From: a bacterium
Lineage (GTDB): Bacteria > Patescibacteriota > Minisyncoccia > Phycocordibacterales > UBA9973
Length of the DNA stretch: 64,000 nt
Reading direction: 5' to 3'
Assembly (NCBI GenBank): GCA_037130655.1
Contig: JBAXSP010000003.1
Coordinates: forward strand, 68,684-132,683
Positions 51,993 to 63,489 of this stretch are shown here, piece by piece; the stretch's first letter is position 1, and every line of letters starts with the position of its first letter. The position numbers and the translations under genes are program-made. The notes under the pieces are model-generated. The model worked only from the letters and a program-made list of their open reading frames with translations, ran no database searches and was not told where the DNA came from.

Positions 51993-53201
51993 ATGAACTT
52001 TAAGTATCAAGCAGTTAGTGATAAAGGTGAAAAGAAGAATGGTGTTGTTGAGGCTATCAACAAAGACGCCGCTATTACTGCGCTTCAACGCAGAGGTCTT
52101 GTTGTTGTTGGGCTGGCTCCTGAAGATGAAAAAAAGGGGTTAGCGAGTATTTCATTTTTTGCAGGTACCGTACCAATGAAAGATGTGGTGATTGCTTCTC
52201 GGCAAATTTCAACATTGTTCGAAGCACAAGTTTCGGCTCTCAAAGCTTTTAGTTTGATGGCAACAAATGCAGAAAATAAAACGCTTGCAAAAGCATTCGA
52301 AACTATTGTGAGTGACCTGCAAGCGGGCTCATCTATCTCTGGTGCACTCGAGAAACATCCCAAAATTTTCTCAGCCTTTTATGTGTCTATGATCAAATCA
52401 GGTGAAGAATCTGGAAAGCTTACGCAAACATTTGCGTATTTGGCAGAATATCTTGACCGTCAATATGCACTCAGTAAAAAAATCAAAAATGCACTTATTT
52501 ATCCAGCGTTCGTTGTTGGTATTTTCTTCACGGTGATGACGTTGATGTTGGTGATTGTTATTCCAAAACTTTCAAAGATTATTTTGGATAGTGGGCAAGT
52601 GGTGCCGTGGTATACAAAAATGGTGATGTTTGCCAGTGATATGTTGGTCCATTATGGGATTTTTGTACTCATTATCATTGTTGCTTTTGTTGGGTATGTT
52701 ATTTATTTGTCACGATCAGAAACAGGTAAAGCATTTTTAGATAGAACAAAAATTGCAGTACCGGTATTTGGTCCACTCTTTCGTAAAATGTATTTGGCGC
52801 GTTTAGCAGACAACATGGACACAATGCTTTCATCAGGTATTCCGATTGTTCGTGCGATTGAAATTACTGCTGACATTGTCGACAACCAAACCTATCACGA
52901 TATCTTGCGTCAATCTGCAGAAAAGGTGAAAGGCGGGGTGACATTTTCTGATTCTCTCGAAGGGAATCCAGAAATTCCACAAGTGCTTACACAAATGATC
53001 AAAGTGGGTGAAGAGTCAGGAGCAATGGGAAGTATTTTGAAAACATTGGCAAAGTTTTATAAGCGTGAAGTTGATGACGCAGTAGATACGATGGTTGGTT
53101 TGATTGAACCGCTTATGATTGTGGGACTTGGACTTGGTGTCGGAACCTTGCTTGTTTCAGTGCTTATGCCGATTTATAACATTGCGGGAGGGATAAATTA
53201 G
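51993..53201 (+). CDS. pilC: Type IV pilus platform protein PilC (GspF family)
   Basis: Two GspF repeats, 3 TM. Confidence 0.9.
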   Translation: MNFKYQAVSDKGEKKNGVVEAINKDAAITALQRRGLVVVGLAPEDEKKGLASISFFAGTVPMKDVVIASRQISTLFEAQVSALKAFSLMATNAENKTLAKAFETIVSDLQAGSSISGALEKHPKIFSAFYVSMIKSGEESGKLTQTFAYLAEYLDRQYALSKKIKNALIYPAFVVGIFFTVMTLMLVIVIPKLSKIILDSGQVVPWYTKMVMFASDMLVHYGIFVLIIIVAFVGYVIYLSRSETGKAFLDRTKIAVPVFGPLFRKMYLARLADNMDTMLSSGIPIVRAIEITADIVDNQTYHDILRQSAEKVKGGVTFSDSLEGNPEIPQVLTQMIKVGEESGAMGSILKTLAKFYKREVDDAVDTMVGLIEPLMIVGLGLGVGTLLVSVLMPIYNIAGGIN

Positions 53202-53247
53202 TCGAAAGTTATAAAGTTATAAAGTCGAAAGCAGAAAGAGAGTAGTA

Positions 53248-53292
53248 AATATGGGTGACCACGAAGTGGTCGCTCATATTTTTTACTTTATA
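53248..53292 (+). terminator. Terminator hairpin ATATGGGTGACCAC-GAA-GTGGTCGCTCATAT + TTTTTAC
   Basis: Imperfect 14-bp stem after pilC. Confidence 0.55.
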
Positions 53293-53428
53293 AACTTTGG
53301 ACTTTATGACTTTCGACTCTTTTCTTTTATCCACTTTTGCACCTTGTCTTATTCTGTACGGTGCTATAATAAGAACATTACAAGATTGTGCGCCGTCGGG
53401 CGCTAAAAAATTTACGGATTTTATAATT

Positions 53429-53851
53429 ATGAAAAAAGGATTAAAAGGTTTTACATTGATTGAATTGTTGGTTGTTATTGCTATTATTGGTATCTTGGCT
53501 TCTGTGGTGCTTGCATCATTGAACTCAGCTCGTTCAAAAGGACAAGCTGCTTCAATCAAGGCAAACATGAAGAACATGCAATCACAAGCTGCTTTGTACT
53601 ATGATACAAACAATGCATATGCAACAAGTACACTTTCAACTTGTTCAGGTGGTTTGTTCTCTGATGCAAACATTGTTGCTGCAATCAACCAAGCTTCAAG
53701 TACAGGTGCAACTATCGTTTGTAACGCTACAGCAGGTGCTTCAGGTGCGTACTCTATCATGGCTTCAAGTACAGCTCTAGGTGGATACTTCTGTGTGGAC
53801 TCAACTGGTAAAGCTTCAAACGCATCAAACACTGGTGCTGCTTGTAACTAG
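53429..53851 (+). CDS. Type IVa pilin (major pilin candidate 1)
   Basis: Prepilin leader MKKGLKG|FTLIELLVVIAIIGILA (G-1, F+1, E+5). Ser/Thr-rich C-terminal domain with two Cys pairs. Confidence 0.85.
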   Translation: MKKGLKGFTLIELLVVIAIIGILASVVLASLNSARSKGQAASIKANMKNMQSQAALYYDTNNAYATSTLSTCSGGLFSDANIVAAINQASSTGATIVCNATAGASGAYSIMASSTALGGYFCVDSTGKASNASNTGAACN

Positions 53852-53865
53852 TCATTTGTTTTCAA

Positions 53866-53900
53866 CACAAAAAACACCCTTTCGGGGTGTTTTTTGTTTT
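53866..53900 (+). terminator. Terminator AAAAAACACCCTTTCGGGGTGTTTTTTGTTTT
   Basis: Hairpin plus T-run. Confidence 0.75.
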
Positions 53901-53969
53901 ATAATCAATACAGTGTATGGCTGTGTAATTTTCCTGCACAAAATAATCTATCGTTAATTTATATATACT

Positions 53970-54497
53970 ATGAAAAAAGGTTTACAGAAAATAAAAGGTT
54001 TTACATTGATTGAATTGTTGGTTGTTGTTGGTATTATCGGTATATTGGCCGCTGTTATTGTCGCTGCTACTAGTACTGCTCGCGCCAAAGGTGACAACGC
54101 TGCGATTCAACGAGGACTGGATACTATCAGAAAACAGTCTGAAATATACTATACAAACAACAATTATAAATACGGCACAACAGATTTGAATGCGGCCGGT
54201 TCAATATCTGCTGATTGTTCTACTGCTGCAAGTAATATGTTTGCTGACCCAACAATCTCAACAGCAATTACGCAAATCGGGAAATCTTCAGGTGGGCAAA
54301 CAAAAGCAAACATCGCTTGTGCATTCGGATCTGCAAAAAATGCTTGGACATTTTCTGTATTAATGAAGAATTCAGGAAATATTACAGGGGTGTGGTGTGT
54401 TGATGGTCGCGGAGGTACCATGAAGAAATATGCATCTTCTACTCAAGCGGACGATACAACAAACGTGGTAGATACTGCTAACTTTATCTGTAAATAA
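53970..54497 (+). CDS. Type IVa pilin (major pilin candidate 2)
   Basis: MKKGLQKIKG|FTLIELLVVVGIIGILAAV. C-terminal disulfide-type Cys pair. Confidence 0.85.
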   Translation: MKKGLQKIKGFTLIELLVVVGIIGILAAVIVAATSTARAKGDNAAIQRGLDTIRKQSEIYYTNNNYKYGTTDLNAAGSISADCSTAASNMFADPTISTAITQIGKSSGGQTKANIACAFGSAKNAWTFSVLMKNSGNITGVWCVDGRGGTMKKYASSTQADDTTNVVDTANFICK

Positions 54498-54498
54498 T

Positions 54499-55296
54499 AT
54501 GAACTCACTTCTTGTTGTCGCATTCTTTTCTGTTATCGGACTATTCATCGGCTCATTTTTGAATGTGGTAATTTACCGTATCGGCACAGGAAGATCAATG
54601 ATCAAAGGGCGTTCAAAGTGTTTTTGTTGTAGCAAGGTGCTTACCGGTAAAGAATTGGTTCCAGTAGTCTCATTTTTAGTCCAAGGAGGGAAGTGTACCA
54701 AGTGTCTATCGAAAATTTCTGTACAATATCCAATCATTGAATTACTTACGGGTTTTGTGTTTGGTGCTATTGCATATGTCTTGATGCCCGTTTTTGCTAA
54801 TACGATTATTTTTGCAGCACTGTTTGCTGTGTACTCATTTGTGTTTTCTTCACTCATTGTTATCTCTGTGTATGACATCAAACACAAAATGATACCGACT
54901 TCAGTTGTATATACCGGTATTATTGTTGGTCTATTAAGTTCACTGCTCGTGTTTCGTGCACCGCTACTGACCGTGTTTACGAGCGTTATCTTTTGTGCGG
55001 CACCATTCGCGTTGTTGTCATTTCTTTCAAAAGAACGCTGGATGGGTTGGGGTGACACATTGATCGGTATTTTGATCGGTTCACTTTTTTCTTGGCAACG
55101 AGGAGTAGCGGCGATAATGCTTTCATTTTGGATCGGTGCAGTTTTTGCGCTAGTTATGATGTTGGTTAAAAAAGGTTCACTTAAAATGAAGAGTGAAGTA
55201 CCGTTTGGTCCGTTTCTTGCCATTGCACTGTTTGTTGTTTTTGTTTTTCAACTAGATGTATTTTCTATTTTGAGTTGGTTTAGAATAGGGAATTAA
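54499..55296 (+). CDS. pilD: Prepilin peptidase PilD (A24 family)
   Basis: N-terminal Cys-tetrad CFCC...CTKC, catalytic Asp-containing TM domain. Confidence 0.85.
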   Translation: MNSLLVVAFFSVIGLFIGSFLNVVIYRIGTGRSMIKGRSKCFCCSKVLTGKELVPVVSFLVQGGKCTKCLSKISVQYPIIELLTGFVFGAIAYVLMPVFANTIIFAALFAVYSFVFSSLIVISVYDIKHKMIPTSVVYTGIIVGLLSSLLVFRAPLLTVFTSVIFCAAPFALLSFLSKERWMGWGDTLIGILIGSLFSWQRGVAAIMLSFWIGAVFALVMMLVKKGSLKMKSEVPFGPFLAIALFVVFVFQLDVFSILSWFRIGN

Positions 55297-55310
55297 ATAA
55301 TTATTCAGTA

Positions 55311-56012
55311 ATGAAAATAAAAATTATCAAAAAAACTATTTTCAAAAAAGCATTTACTGTTGTTGAAATGTTGGTTGTTGTTGGTATTTTTGTGATGATT
55401 TCTGGAGTAATTTTGTTCAACTCAAAATCTTTTTCAAGTAGTGCGAATTTGCAAAATGTGATGCAAGACTTAGCTTTGGCAATACGAAAAGCACAAGGAT
55501 ATGCTTTGGGGTTTCAGACGCCAAGTGTTGTAGGTGGTACTATTACCGGTTTTGGGGTTTATTTTGGTGACACTCAAACAACAAATTCTGCGTGGCAGAA
55601 AAAATATGCAATCTATGCAGATTTTAATGATGCTGGTGTCGGTGCATATAATCCATCAGGAAGTAGTTGTGGAACAGGTTCACTTGCTGCAGGGAGTGAA
55701 TGTTTGGAGGTACTAAACATGACAACTGGTGAAAAAATTTCTAATATTTGTTTGTCATATAATGGTACGAGTAATCAAATGTCAGGAGCAGTGACTGGTA
55801 CAAGTTGTGTTGGTACAAGTGATGCAGTTACCATGTATTTCAATCGACCAAAACCAGATGCGCAATTTTGTTGGTTTAAGTCAGGTAGTACAACATGTAC
55901 CACTACTGTTTCAAGTAATGCAATTAGTGACGTCAGTATTGAGGTGACTGCACTTAACAATAGTAAAAAAATTGTCACCGTTTGGAATACTGGACAGATT
56001 GGAATTAAATAA
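55311..56012 (+). CDS. Minor pilin / pseudopilin
   Basis: Prepilin-type N-terminus ...KKA|FTVVEMLVVVGIF. Confidence 0.7.
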   Translation: MKIKIIKKTIFKKAFTVVEMLVVVGIFVMISGVILFNSKSFSSSANLQNVMQDLALAIRKAQGYALGFQTPSVVGGTITGFGVYFGDTQTTNSAWQKKYAIYADFNDAGVGAYNPSGSSCGTGSLAAGSECLEVLNMTTGEKISNICLSYNGTSNQMSGAVTGTSCVGTSDAVTMYFNRPKPDAQFCWFKSGSTTCTTTVSSNAISDVSIEVTALNNSKKIVTVWNTGQIGIK

Positions 56013-56014
56013 AT

Positions 56015-56647
56015 ATGTTCAAAAAAATACCTACAACAAAAAAGCTATTCAAAAACAAGCGAGGATTTACCTTGATTGAATTACTTGTTGCAACAAGTAT
56101 TTTTGTGATTGTAATGGTTGTGGCACTTTCAACACTGCTTGCAGTCAACAATGCAAGTAAGCGATCTCAAGCACTGCGTTCTGCAATGGATAATTTGAAT
56201 TTTGCGATGGAAAATATGTCTCGCAATATCCGTTACGGATATGCATTCGGTTGTGTTTCTACTACAGGTTCAGTCAATTTCAATGCAAACTGTAGTTTGA
56301 ATGTTGCTACAAGTAATCCGATAATGGGGTCATCTGGTGTCGTTTTTAAATTATATAATAATGCAACAGCCGCCACTGATTATTATTTGTATCAAATGAA
56401 TAATTCAACCAGTAACAATTATATTGAGCGATGTATTGCTCCAGGGGGTGGGTCGTATGTTTGTGCACCTATTACCTCAACTGATTTGAATATCACCACA
56501 CTTCGTTTTGCGGTATACGGAGCAACTACTTCCGATGGATATCAACCAGGAGTGTTTGCATATATTGAAGGAACAGCAAAAGTCGGCAAAGAACAGTCGC
56601 CATTTAAAATACAAACCTTTTTTACTCAACGGCAATATGAACAATAA
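56015..56647 (+). CDS. Minor pilin / pseudopilin
   Basis: KNKRG|FTLIELLVATSIF. Confidence 0.75.
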   Translation: MFKKIPTTKKLFKNKRGFTLIELLVATSIFVIVMVVALSTLLAVNNASKRSQALRSAMDNLNFAMENMSRNIRYGYAFGCVSTTGSVNFNANCSLNVATSNPIMGSSGVVFKLYNNATAATDYYLYQMNNSTSNNYIERCIAPGGGSYVCAPITSTDLNITTLRFAVYGATTSDGYQPGVFAYIEGTAKVGKEQSPFKIQTFFTQRQYEQ

Positions 56648-56648
56648 C

Positions 56649-57218
56649 ATGACAAAAAACCTTAGAGCTTTTACTCTTCTTGAGACACTCATTGCTATTT
56701 TCATATTTATATTAGCAGTGACTGCCGTACTTTCTTTGGTGGGTGACAGTGTCAATAGTACCAATGCACTCAAAGATGAAATTACTGCATCATATTTGGC
56801 GGACGAGGTAATGGATTATATTCGTAACGATAGAGATACTATCGCTTTTCAAAAAACAGCAAATGGTGCAACTTCTGGTGATTGGCAAGGATTCATTGAA
56901 AAGTACGGATATCCAAGTAGTACTTGTTTTTCTTCAAATGGTTGTGAAATAGATGTGCTTCAGCAAAATTATATTCAACAATGTTTGAGTGAAAAGTGTA
57001 CTAATATTTCTTTTTATGATGATGGGACGACAAAATATTATGGACTCTACGGTAATGGTAGTTTTCAGGCAACAAAATTTCAACGAAAAATTCGTTTTAG
57101 TATGCCAAGTGGTGCAACAGACAAATTTGTTATGACCGTGACTGTTACCTGGCAAAATAGAACTGGTGTTACTCGATCGAAAACATATATCGGTGCATTG
57201 TATAATTGGGGAGCATAA
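56649..57218 (+). CDS. Minor pilin / pseudopilin
   Basis: MTKNLRA|FTLLETLIAIF. Start chosen at the internal ATG at 56649 (alternative 56637). The longer ORF-track start overlaps the upstream gene by 140 nt. Confidence 0.65.
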   Translation: MTKNLRAFTLLETLIAIFIFILAVTAVLSLVGDSVNSTNALKDEITASYLADEVMDYIRNDRDTIAFQKTANGATSGDWQGFIEKYGYPSSTCFSSNGCEIDVLQQNYIQQCLSEKCTNISFYDDGTTKYYGLYGNGSFQATKFQRKIRFSMPSGATDKFVMTVTVTWQNRTGVTRSKTYIGALYNWGA

Positions 57219-57226
57219 TCAACTAT

Positions 57227-57715
57227 ATGAATACAACCATCTTTTCAAAAAATAAAAAAACAAAAGGATACACAATACTGTTTACGATTTTAGTAATCAG
57301 TGTGTTGGCAACACTTTCTGTTGGTATTGCAAACATTAGTATCAAACAACGATTTCTTTCGCGTCTTGCTTCTGATTCTCAGTCTGCAATGTATTTGACT
57401 GACGCAGGTATGGAATGTGCCTTGTACAACTATTATCTTGGAACATTAAACGGTACATTTAGCTGTTTAATGCTCAAAGATCCAGGGTCTGGAAGTGCGA
57501 CCACTATCAATATGAAAGAAGCAACAGCTGGGAGCGGTATTTTTACCTTTGATACTAGTTTTGCACCGGTGGCTGACACAGAGCCTTGTTTTCAAATAGA
57601 AACAACGCAAGACGGCAATGGAAATATCATCAAGATTATTTCGAGAGGGTATAATACTTGTAAGACTACGGATTCGCGTAGAGTAGAGCGGGCCCTTGAA
57701 GTGACCTTCCAGTAA
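57227..57715 (+). CDS. Minor pilin-like protein
   Basis: ...KKTKG|YTILFTILVISVLATL. Start at the internal ATG. Confidence 0.6.
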   Translation: MNTTIFSKNKKTKGYTILFTILVISVLATLSVGIANISIKQRFLSRLASDSQSAMYLTDAGMECALYNYYLGTLNGTFSCLMLKDPGSGSATTINMKEATAGSGIFTFDTSFAPVADTEPCFQIETTQDGNGNIIKIISRGYNTCKTTDSRRVERALEVTFQ

Positions 57716-57840
57716 AAGTTCTTAAAAATTCTTCAATTACTGCGTTATTTTCGTCGCGGAAATTCTCACTGTACTAGGTGTACACCTCCAATTTCCACTC
57801 CTCAATGCCTTGTATTTGAAGTTTTTTAAGAACTTTTTTA
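57716..57840. repeat. ~110-bp imperfect-palindrome intergenic repeat, copy 2 (see 29380-29490)
   Basis: AAAAATTCTTCAATTACTGCGTTATTTTCGTCGCGGAAA...AATGCCTTGTATTTGAAGTTTTTTAAGAAC. The ends AAAAGTTCTTAAAAA and TTTTTTAAGAACTTTTT are mutually inverted. Confidence 0.6.
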
Positions 57841-57865
57841 ACGTACACTTAAATGTTAGAATTAA

Positions 57866-59896
<2,031 letters not shown>

Positions 59897-59911
59897 AAAA
59901 AAGACCCATTT

Positions 59912-60328
59912 TTATAAATGAGTCTTTTTGGGTTGTTGTATTGATAGCTCTAATTCATTTATTTTTTCCCAATTTTGAGCTAAATACAGAAGTAGTTCTT
60001 TTTCTTGTAAAACTCTCTCATTGTTTTCAATTTCTTCTTCTTTTGAAAATTTTCCATTAAAGTTTTTATTACCTATACCTTTTTCCCATCTTATCACTTC
60101 TTCCGCGTTATTGATTAAAAGCTGTACACACAGTCTTTGGTTTTCGGATCCTCGTTCATCCAATATACTATTGAAAAACGATCGAAGATTACTTAATGCG
60201 TAGTATCGAAAAATTTGTTCTTTTGATAAAGGTGTTGTTATATAGCTATCGGTAAACGATGTACGTATTCTATACAAATCGCCTTTTTTGTGAATTTCGT
60301 CTCCCATGTTTATTTTATTTTTATCCAC
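59912..60328 (-). CDS. Hypothetical protein
   Basis: 138-aa ORF with no recognised domain. Confidence 0.4.
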   Translation of the reverse strand: MDKNKINMGDEIHKKGDLYRIRTSFTDSYITTPLSKEQIFRYYALSNLRSFFNSILDERGSENQRLCVQLLINNAEEVIRWEKGIGNKNFNGKFSKEEEIENNERVLQEKELLLYLAQNWEKINELELSIQQPKKTHL

Positions 60329-60404
60329 CCGTTATAATATTACTATCTATAGATAGTAATGTCAAGTATAAGAAAAATGGTTTTTTTTATGCTAAAATAG
60401 CCCT

Positions 60405-60683
60405 ATGAACACCGAAGCAGTACAAAAATTAGCTACTATGATGCGGATGGAAATCTCACCTGAAGAGGCGGAGTCTATTGGTCGCGACATGGACGCAGTC
60501 ATTGGGTACATTGACCAGCTCAGTCAAATCGATACAAGTGCTATCCAAAACACTGCGCCATTGCTTTCAAATATCGCTCGCGAAGACGTAGCAACAAATG
60601 ACAGCGGAAGTTATACAGCACAAATTCTTGCTGAAGCACCAGTGGTTGATAATGATTTCGTCAAAGTTAAAAAAGTAATGTAA
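60405..60683 (+). CDS. gatC: Asp/Glu-tRNA amidotransferase subunit C
   Basis: 92 aa, VQKLATMMRMEISPEEAESIGRDMDAVIGYIDQL. Precedes gatA. TGCTAAAAT 6 nt before the ATG. Confidence 0.8.
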   Translation: MNTEAVQKLATMMRMEISPEEAESIGRDMDAVIGYIDQLSQIDTSAIQNTAPLLSNIAREDVATNDSGSYTAQILAEAPVVDNDFVKVKKVM

Positions 60684-60689
60684 CGAGGG

Positions 60690-60775
60690 ACAAAGTATGT
60701 CAGTATAGCAGAGTATAGAATATAGAAAATGCAGTTAGTCCGGTCTATATTCTAAAATACTATATTCTGAAATAC
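60690..60775. repeat. Intergenic inverted-repeat element (related to 51790-51880)
   Basis: GTATGTCAGTATAGCAGAGTATAGAATATAGAAAATG...TCTATATTCTAAAATACTATATTCTG. Confidence 0.55.
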
Positions 60776-60785
60776 TAAAAATTAT

Positions 60786-62207
60786 ATGATTGATCTAACA
60801 AATATAACAATAGAAAAGGCGCACAATTCACTCACTAATCGTGAGTATACGGTGCGTGAACTTGTTGATGCATATTTGAAAAACATTGATGAAAAGAATG
60901 CGAACATCAATGCGTATTTGGAAATATACAAATCACTCGATGAACAAATTGTTCGTGCGCAAAAAATGATTGACGATGGAAGTGCGGGAGTTATGACCGG
61001 TATCCCTGTTTCAATCAAAGACAATATGTTGGTGACCGGCGAGCATGCAAGTGCTTCATCAAAGATGCTTGAAGGATTTGTTGCGGTTAGTGATGCAACG
61101 GTAATTGCAAAATTGAAGTCTGCCGGAGCGGTGCTAATCGGTCGCACAAATATGGATGAATTCGCTATGGGTTCATCAACTGAGACAAGTGCGTATGGTA
61201 TCACACGCAATCCACTGAATCCTGACTATGTGCCAGGTGGTTCATCTGGTGGTGCTGTGTCGTCTGTAGCGATGGACGGAGCATTGGTAGCACTCGGCTC
61301 AGATACTGGAGGATCTATTCGTCAGCCAGCTGGGTACACTGGACTTGTTGGTTTCAAACCGACCTATGGAGAAGTTTCTCGTTCAGGAATTATTGCAATG
61401 GCCTCATCACTTGATCAAGTTGGTCCGATTGCAAAAACAGTTGCAGATGCAGAAATACTTTTCAATATAATTCGTGGTGTTGATGTGATGGACGAAACTT
61501 CTATTTCAGAAACTGTTGTACGTGACACACGAGAAATTAAAAAAATTGGTGTGCCGACTAACTGGATTGAACAAGGTGGAATTGAAGCGTCAGTCAAAAA
61601 GAATTTTGATGAGACGGTGGAAAAATTAAAAAATGAAGGATATGAAATCGTATCAGTCGACTTACCAATCACGCAGTACTCACTCGCAGTCTACTATGTC
61701 TTGAACACTGCTGAAGTTTCAAGTAACCTAGCTCGCTATGACGGTCTTCGTTATGGATTGAGTAAAGAAGGGAAGACATTGCAAGAAGTCTATGAAAAGA
61801 CTCGTGGTCAAGGTTTCGGTAAAGAAGTTCGTCGTCGTATTTTGCTCGGTGCATACATTCTTTCTCATGGATATTATGACGCGTATTACAAAAAAGCCCT
61901 CGATGTACAAAATGTGATTCGTGGAGAGCTTGCAGGTGTGTTCAAAAAGGTAGATGTCATCATGACACCGACAGCACCATTTCTTCCATTTAAATTTGGT
62001 GAAAAAATGAATGACCCGATTGCTATGAAATTGGCAGACCTTTTCTTGGCACCAGCAAACATTGCCGGTAATCCCGCACTCTCGATTCCGTCAGGTGATG
62101 CAGAAGGCAATTTGAAACACAGTACACACTTTTTGGCTCCAATGCTTGCAGATGATGCACTGTTATCATTTGGAAAAAAAGTAGAAAAAATAATGACCAA
62201 TTACTAA
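60786..62207 (+). CDS. gatA: Glu-tRNA(Gln)/Asp-tRNA(Asn) amidotransferase subunit A
   Basis: Amidase signature GGSSGGAVSSVA, Ser-cisSer-Lys triad context, 473 aa. The last 5 codons plus stop lie inside the repeat arm 62191-62219. Confidence 0.9.
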   Translation: MIDLTNITIEKAHNSLTNREYTVRELVDAYLKNIDEKNANINAYLEIYKSLDEQIVRAQKMIDDGSAGVMTGIPVSIKDNMLVTGEHASASSKMLEGFVAVSDATVIAKLKSAGAVLIGRTNMDEFAMGSSTETSAYGITRNPLNPDYVPGGSSGGAVSSVAMDGALVALGSDTGGSIRQPAGYTGLVGFKPTYGEVSRSGIIAMASSLDQVGPIAKTVADAEILFNIIRGVDVMDETSISETVVRDTREIKKIGVPTNWIEQGGIEASVKKNFDETVEKLKNEGYEIVSVDLPITQYSLAVYYVLNTAEVSSNLARYDGLRYGLSKEGKTLQEVYEKTRGQGFGKEVRRRILLGAYILSHGYYDAYYKKALDVQNVIRGELAGVFKKVDVIMTPTAPFLPFKFGEKMNDPIAMKLADLFLAPANIAGNPALSIPSGDAEGNLKHSTHFLAPMLADDALLSFGKKVEKIMTNY

Positions 62208-62312
62208 TGACTAGTGACTAATAAAAGTGCGAAGCCTACTGCTTCGCACTTTTATTATTTTATTTTTAATTAGTCATTAGACACTGGTCATTAGTCATTA
62301 CCCTCTGTTATA
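62191..62312. repeat. Left ~123-bp inverted repeat (stop-rich arm, hairpin GTGCGAAGC-loop-GCTTCGCAC and T-tract, then TAATTAGTCATTAGACACTGGTCATTAGTCATTACCCTCTGTTATAC)
   Basis: Reverse complement of 63490-63612, differing only in the hairpin loop. Confidence 0.85.
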
Positions 62313-62322
62313 CTTAATCCAT

Positions 62323-62979
62323 ATGGAACAAGCTCCAATTGTCGGTGTCGTGAATAATACTGCAGGTAAGGTTGACCCAACCTATTTGAACCTAGATTAT
62401 ATTTTTTATCAGGTGTACCATTTTTTTGCATCATTGTTTGGTGGAGGTAGTGGTAGTGGAACAGGTGGTGGTTCAAGTCAAAGTGCAGGAACTTCTTTTA
62501 TCATTTTTATGAAAAATCTCTCAGCGGTCATTTGTATTTTCCTCATCACGGTTATTTTGTATTGCTTGGTGCGTTTATATGAAAAGAAAATAGAAAAAGA
62601 AAAAGCTGCAAAAGAAGCAAAAGAAGCAGCAGTAAATCAAAAAGTAGAAAATGCTTTCAAATCACAAAATGATAAATGGGAAAACATTGTTGACCACAGC
62701 ATGACTGCAAATCCGAACGATTGGCGACTGGCGATTATCGAAGCAGATAGCATGCTTGATGAATTGACTCAAAATTTGAATCTCTCAGGTGAGAGTCTTG
62801 GTGAGCGGTTGAAGAGTGCAAGTCGAAATAGTTTTCAAACAATTGATTTGGCATGGGAGGCTCACAAACGCCGAAACAAAATTGCTCATGAAGGATTGTC
62901 GTATGATCTGACGCAAAGAGAAACAAAAGAAACAATAGAAATGTACCGCCATATTTTTGAGGAGTTTAAAATCATATAG
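62323..62979 (+). CDS. Bitopic membrane protein with Gly/Ser-rich N-terminal region and cytoplasmic HEPN-like (Rx4H: RRNKIAHEG) C-terminal domain
   Basis: A TM helix (FIIFMKNLSAVICIFLITVILYCLV) separates the GGGSGSGTGGGSS region from a ~120-aa helical C-terminal domain ending in the motif WEAHKRRNKIAHEG. Confidence 0.5.
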   Translation: MEQAPIVGVVNNTAGKVDPTYLNLDYIFYQVYHFFASLFGGGSGSGTGGGSSQSAGTSFIIFMKNLSAVICIFLITVILYCLVRLYEKKIEKEKAAKEAKEAAVNQKVENAFKSQNDKWENIVDHSMTANPNDWRLAIIEADSMLDELTQNLNLSGESLGERLKSASRNSFQTIDLAWEAHKRRNKIAHEGLSYDLTQRETKETIEMYRHIFEEFKII

Positions 62980-63088
62980 TAATTACTAGTGACTAATGAC
63001 CAATGACTAGTAATTTCGAAAACCAAAAAGTGCGAAGCCTACGGCTTCGCACTTTTATTAGTCACTAGTCATTAGTAATTGGTCATTA
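62980..63088. repeat. Central palindromic terminator module (TAATTACTAGTGACTAATGACCAATGACTAGTAATT ... GTGCGAAGCCTACGGCTTCGCAC TTTTATT AGTCACTAGTCATTAGTAATTGGTCATTA)
   Basis: Same hairpin and arm sequences as the flanking repeats. Lies between the convergent stops of genes 62323 and 63094. Confidence 0.8.
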
Positions 63089-63093
63089 CATTT

Positions 63094-63480
63094 CTACCCT
63101 ATAATAATTGTATCAAAATATTCTTTCATCTCTCGGTCTTCCATTTTGATAGTACTATTACTGCAATCAAGTACCGCAACGTCTGCTCGCAAGTAGGTGA
63201 TTTGATGAGGGAAGTCTGGAAGAAAACGTTTGCCCAATGCTTCGATAATTCCCGCATGAATTTTTTGTTTGATGTCATTTTTGTTTCCCAAGACATCGAC
63301 ATCGAAATTTGTTGTACTTGCTTCTTTGATTTCTACAAAAAGTTTTGCATTAATAATATCCACCTCTAAGATTTCAGGGTCTTCAATGATTTCATTCAAC
63401 TCAGTTTGATTTCCAATTATTTCAACAATTTTATTTGGAAGCTCTTTTGGAGTTGCTTCTGGTATGAGATTATTTTCCAT
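63094..63480 (-). CDS. Hypothetical acidic 128-aa protein, partner of the HEPN-like gene
   Basis: ORF convergent with 62323-62979 inside the repeat-bracketed cassette. No recognised domain. Confidence 0.45.
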   Translation of the reverse strand: MENNLIPEATPKELPNKIVEIIGNQTELNEIIEDPEILEVDIINAKLFVEIKEASTTNFDVDVLGNKNDIKQKIHAGIIEALGKRFLPDFPHQITYLRADVAVLDCSNSTIKMEDREMKEYFDTIIIG

Positions 63481-63489
63481 ATAAAATAA

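Noticed and set aside
53202-53247. GTCGAAAGTTATAAAGTTATAAAGTCGAAAG tandem or palindromic sequence after pilC
   Set aside because: A short local duplication of an 8-mer inside an AT-rich spacer. No second copy was seen elsewhere. It probably belongs to the pilC terminator region.
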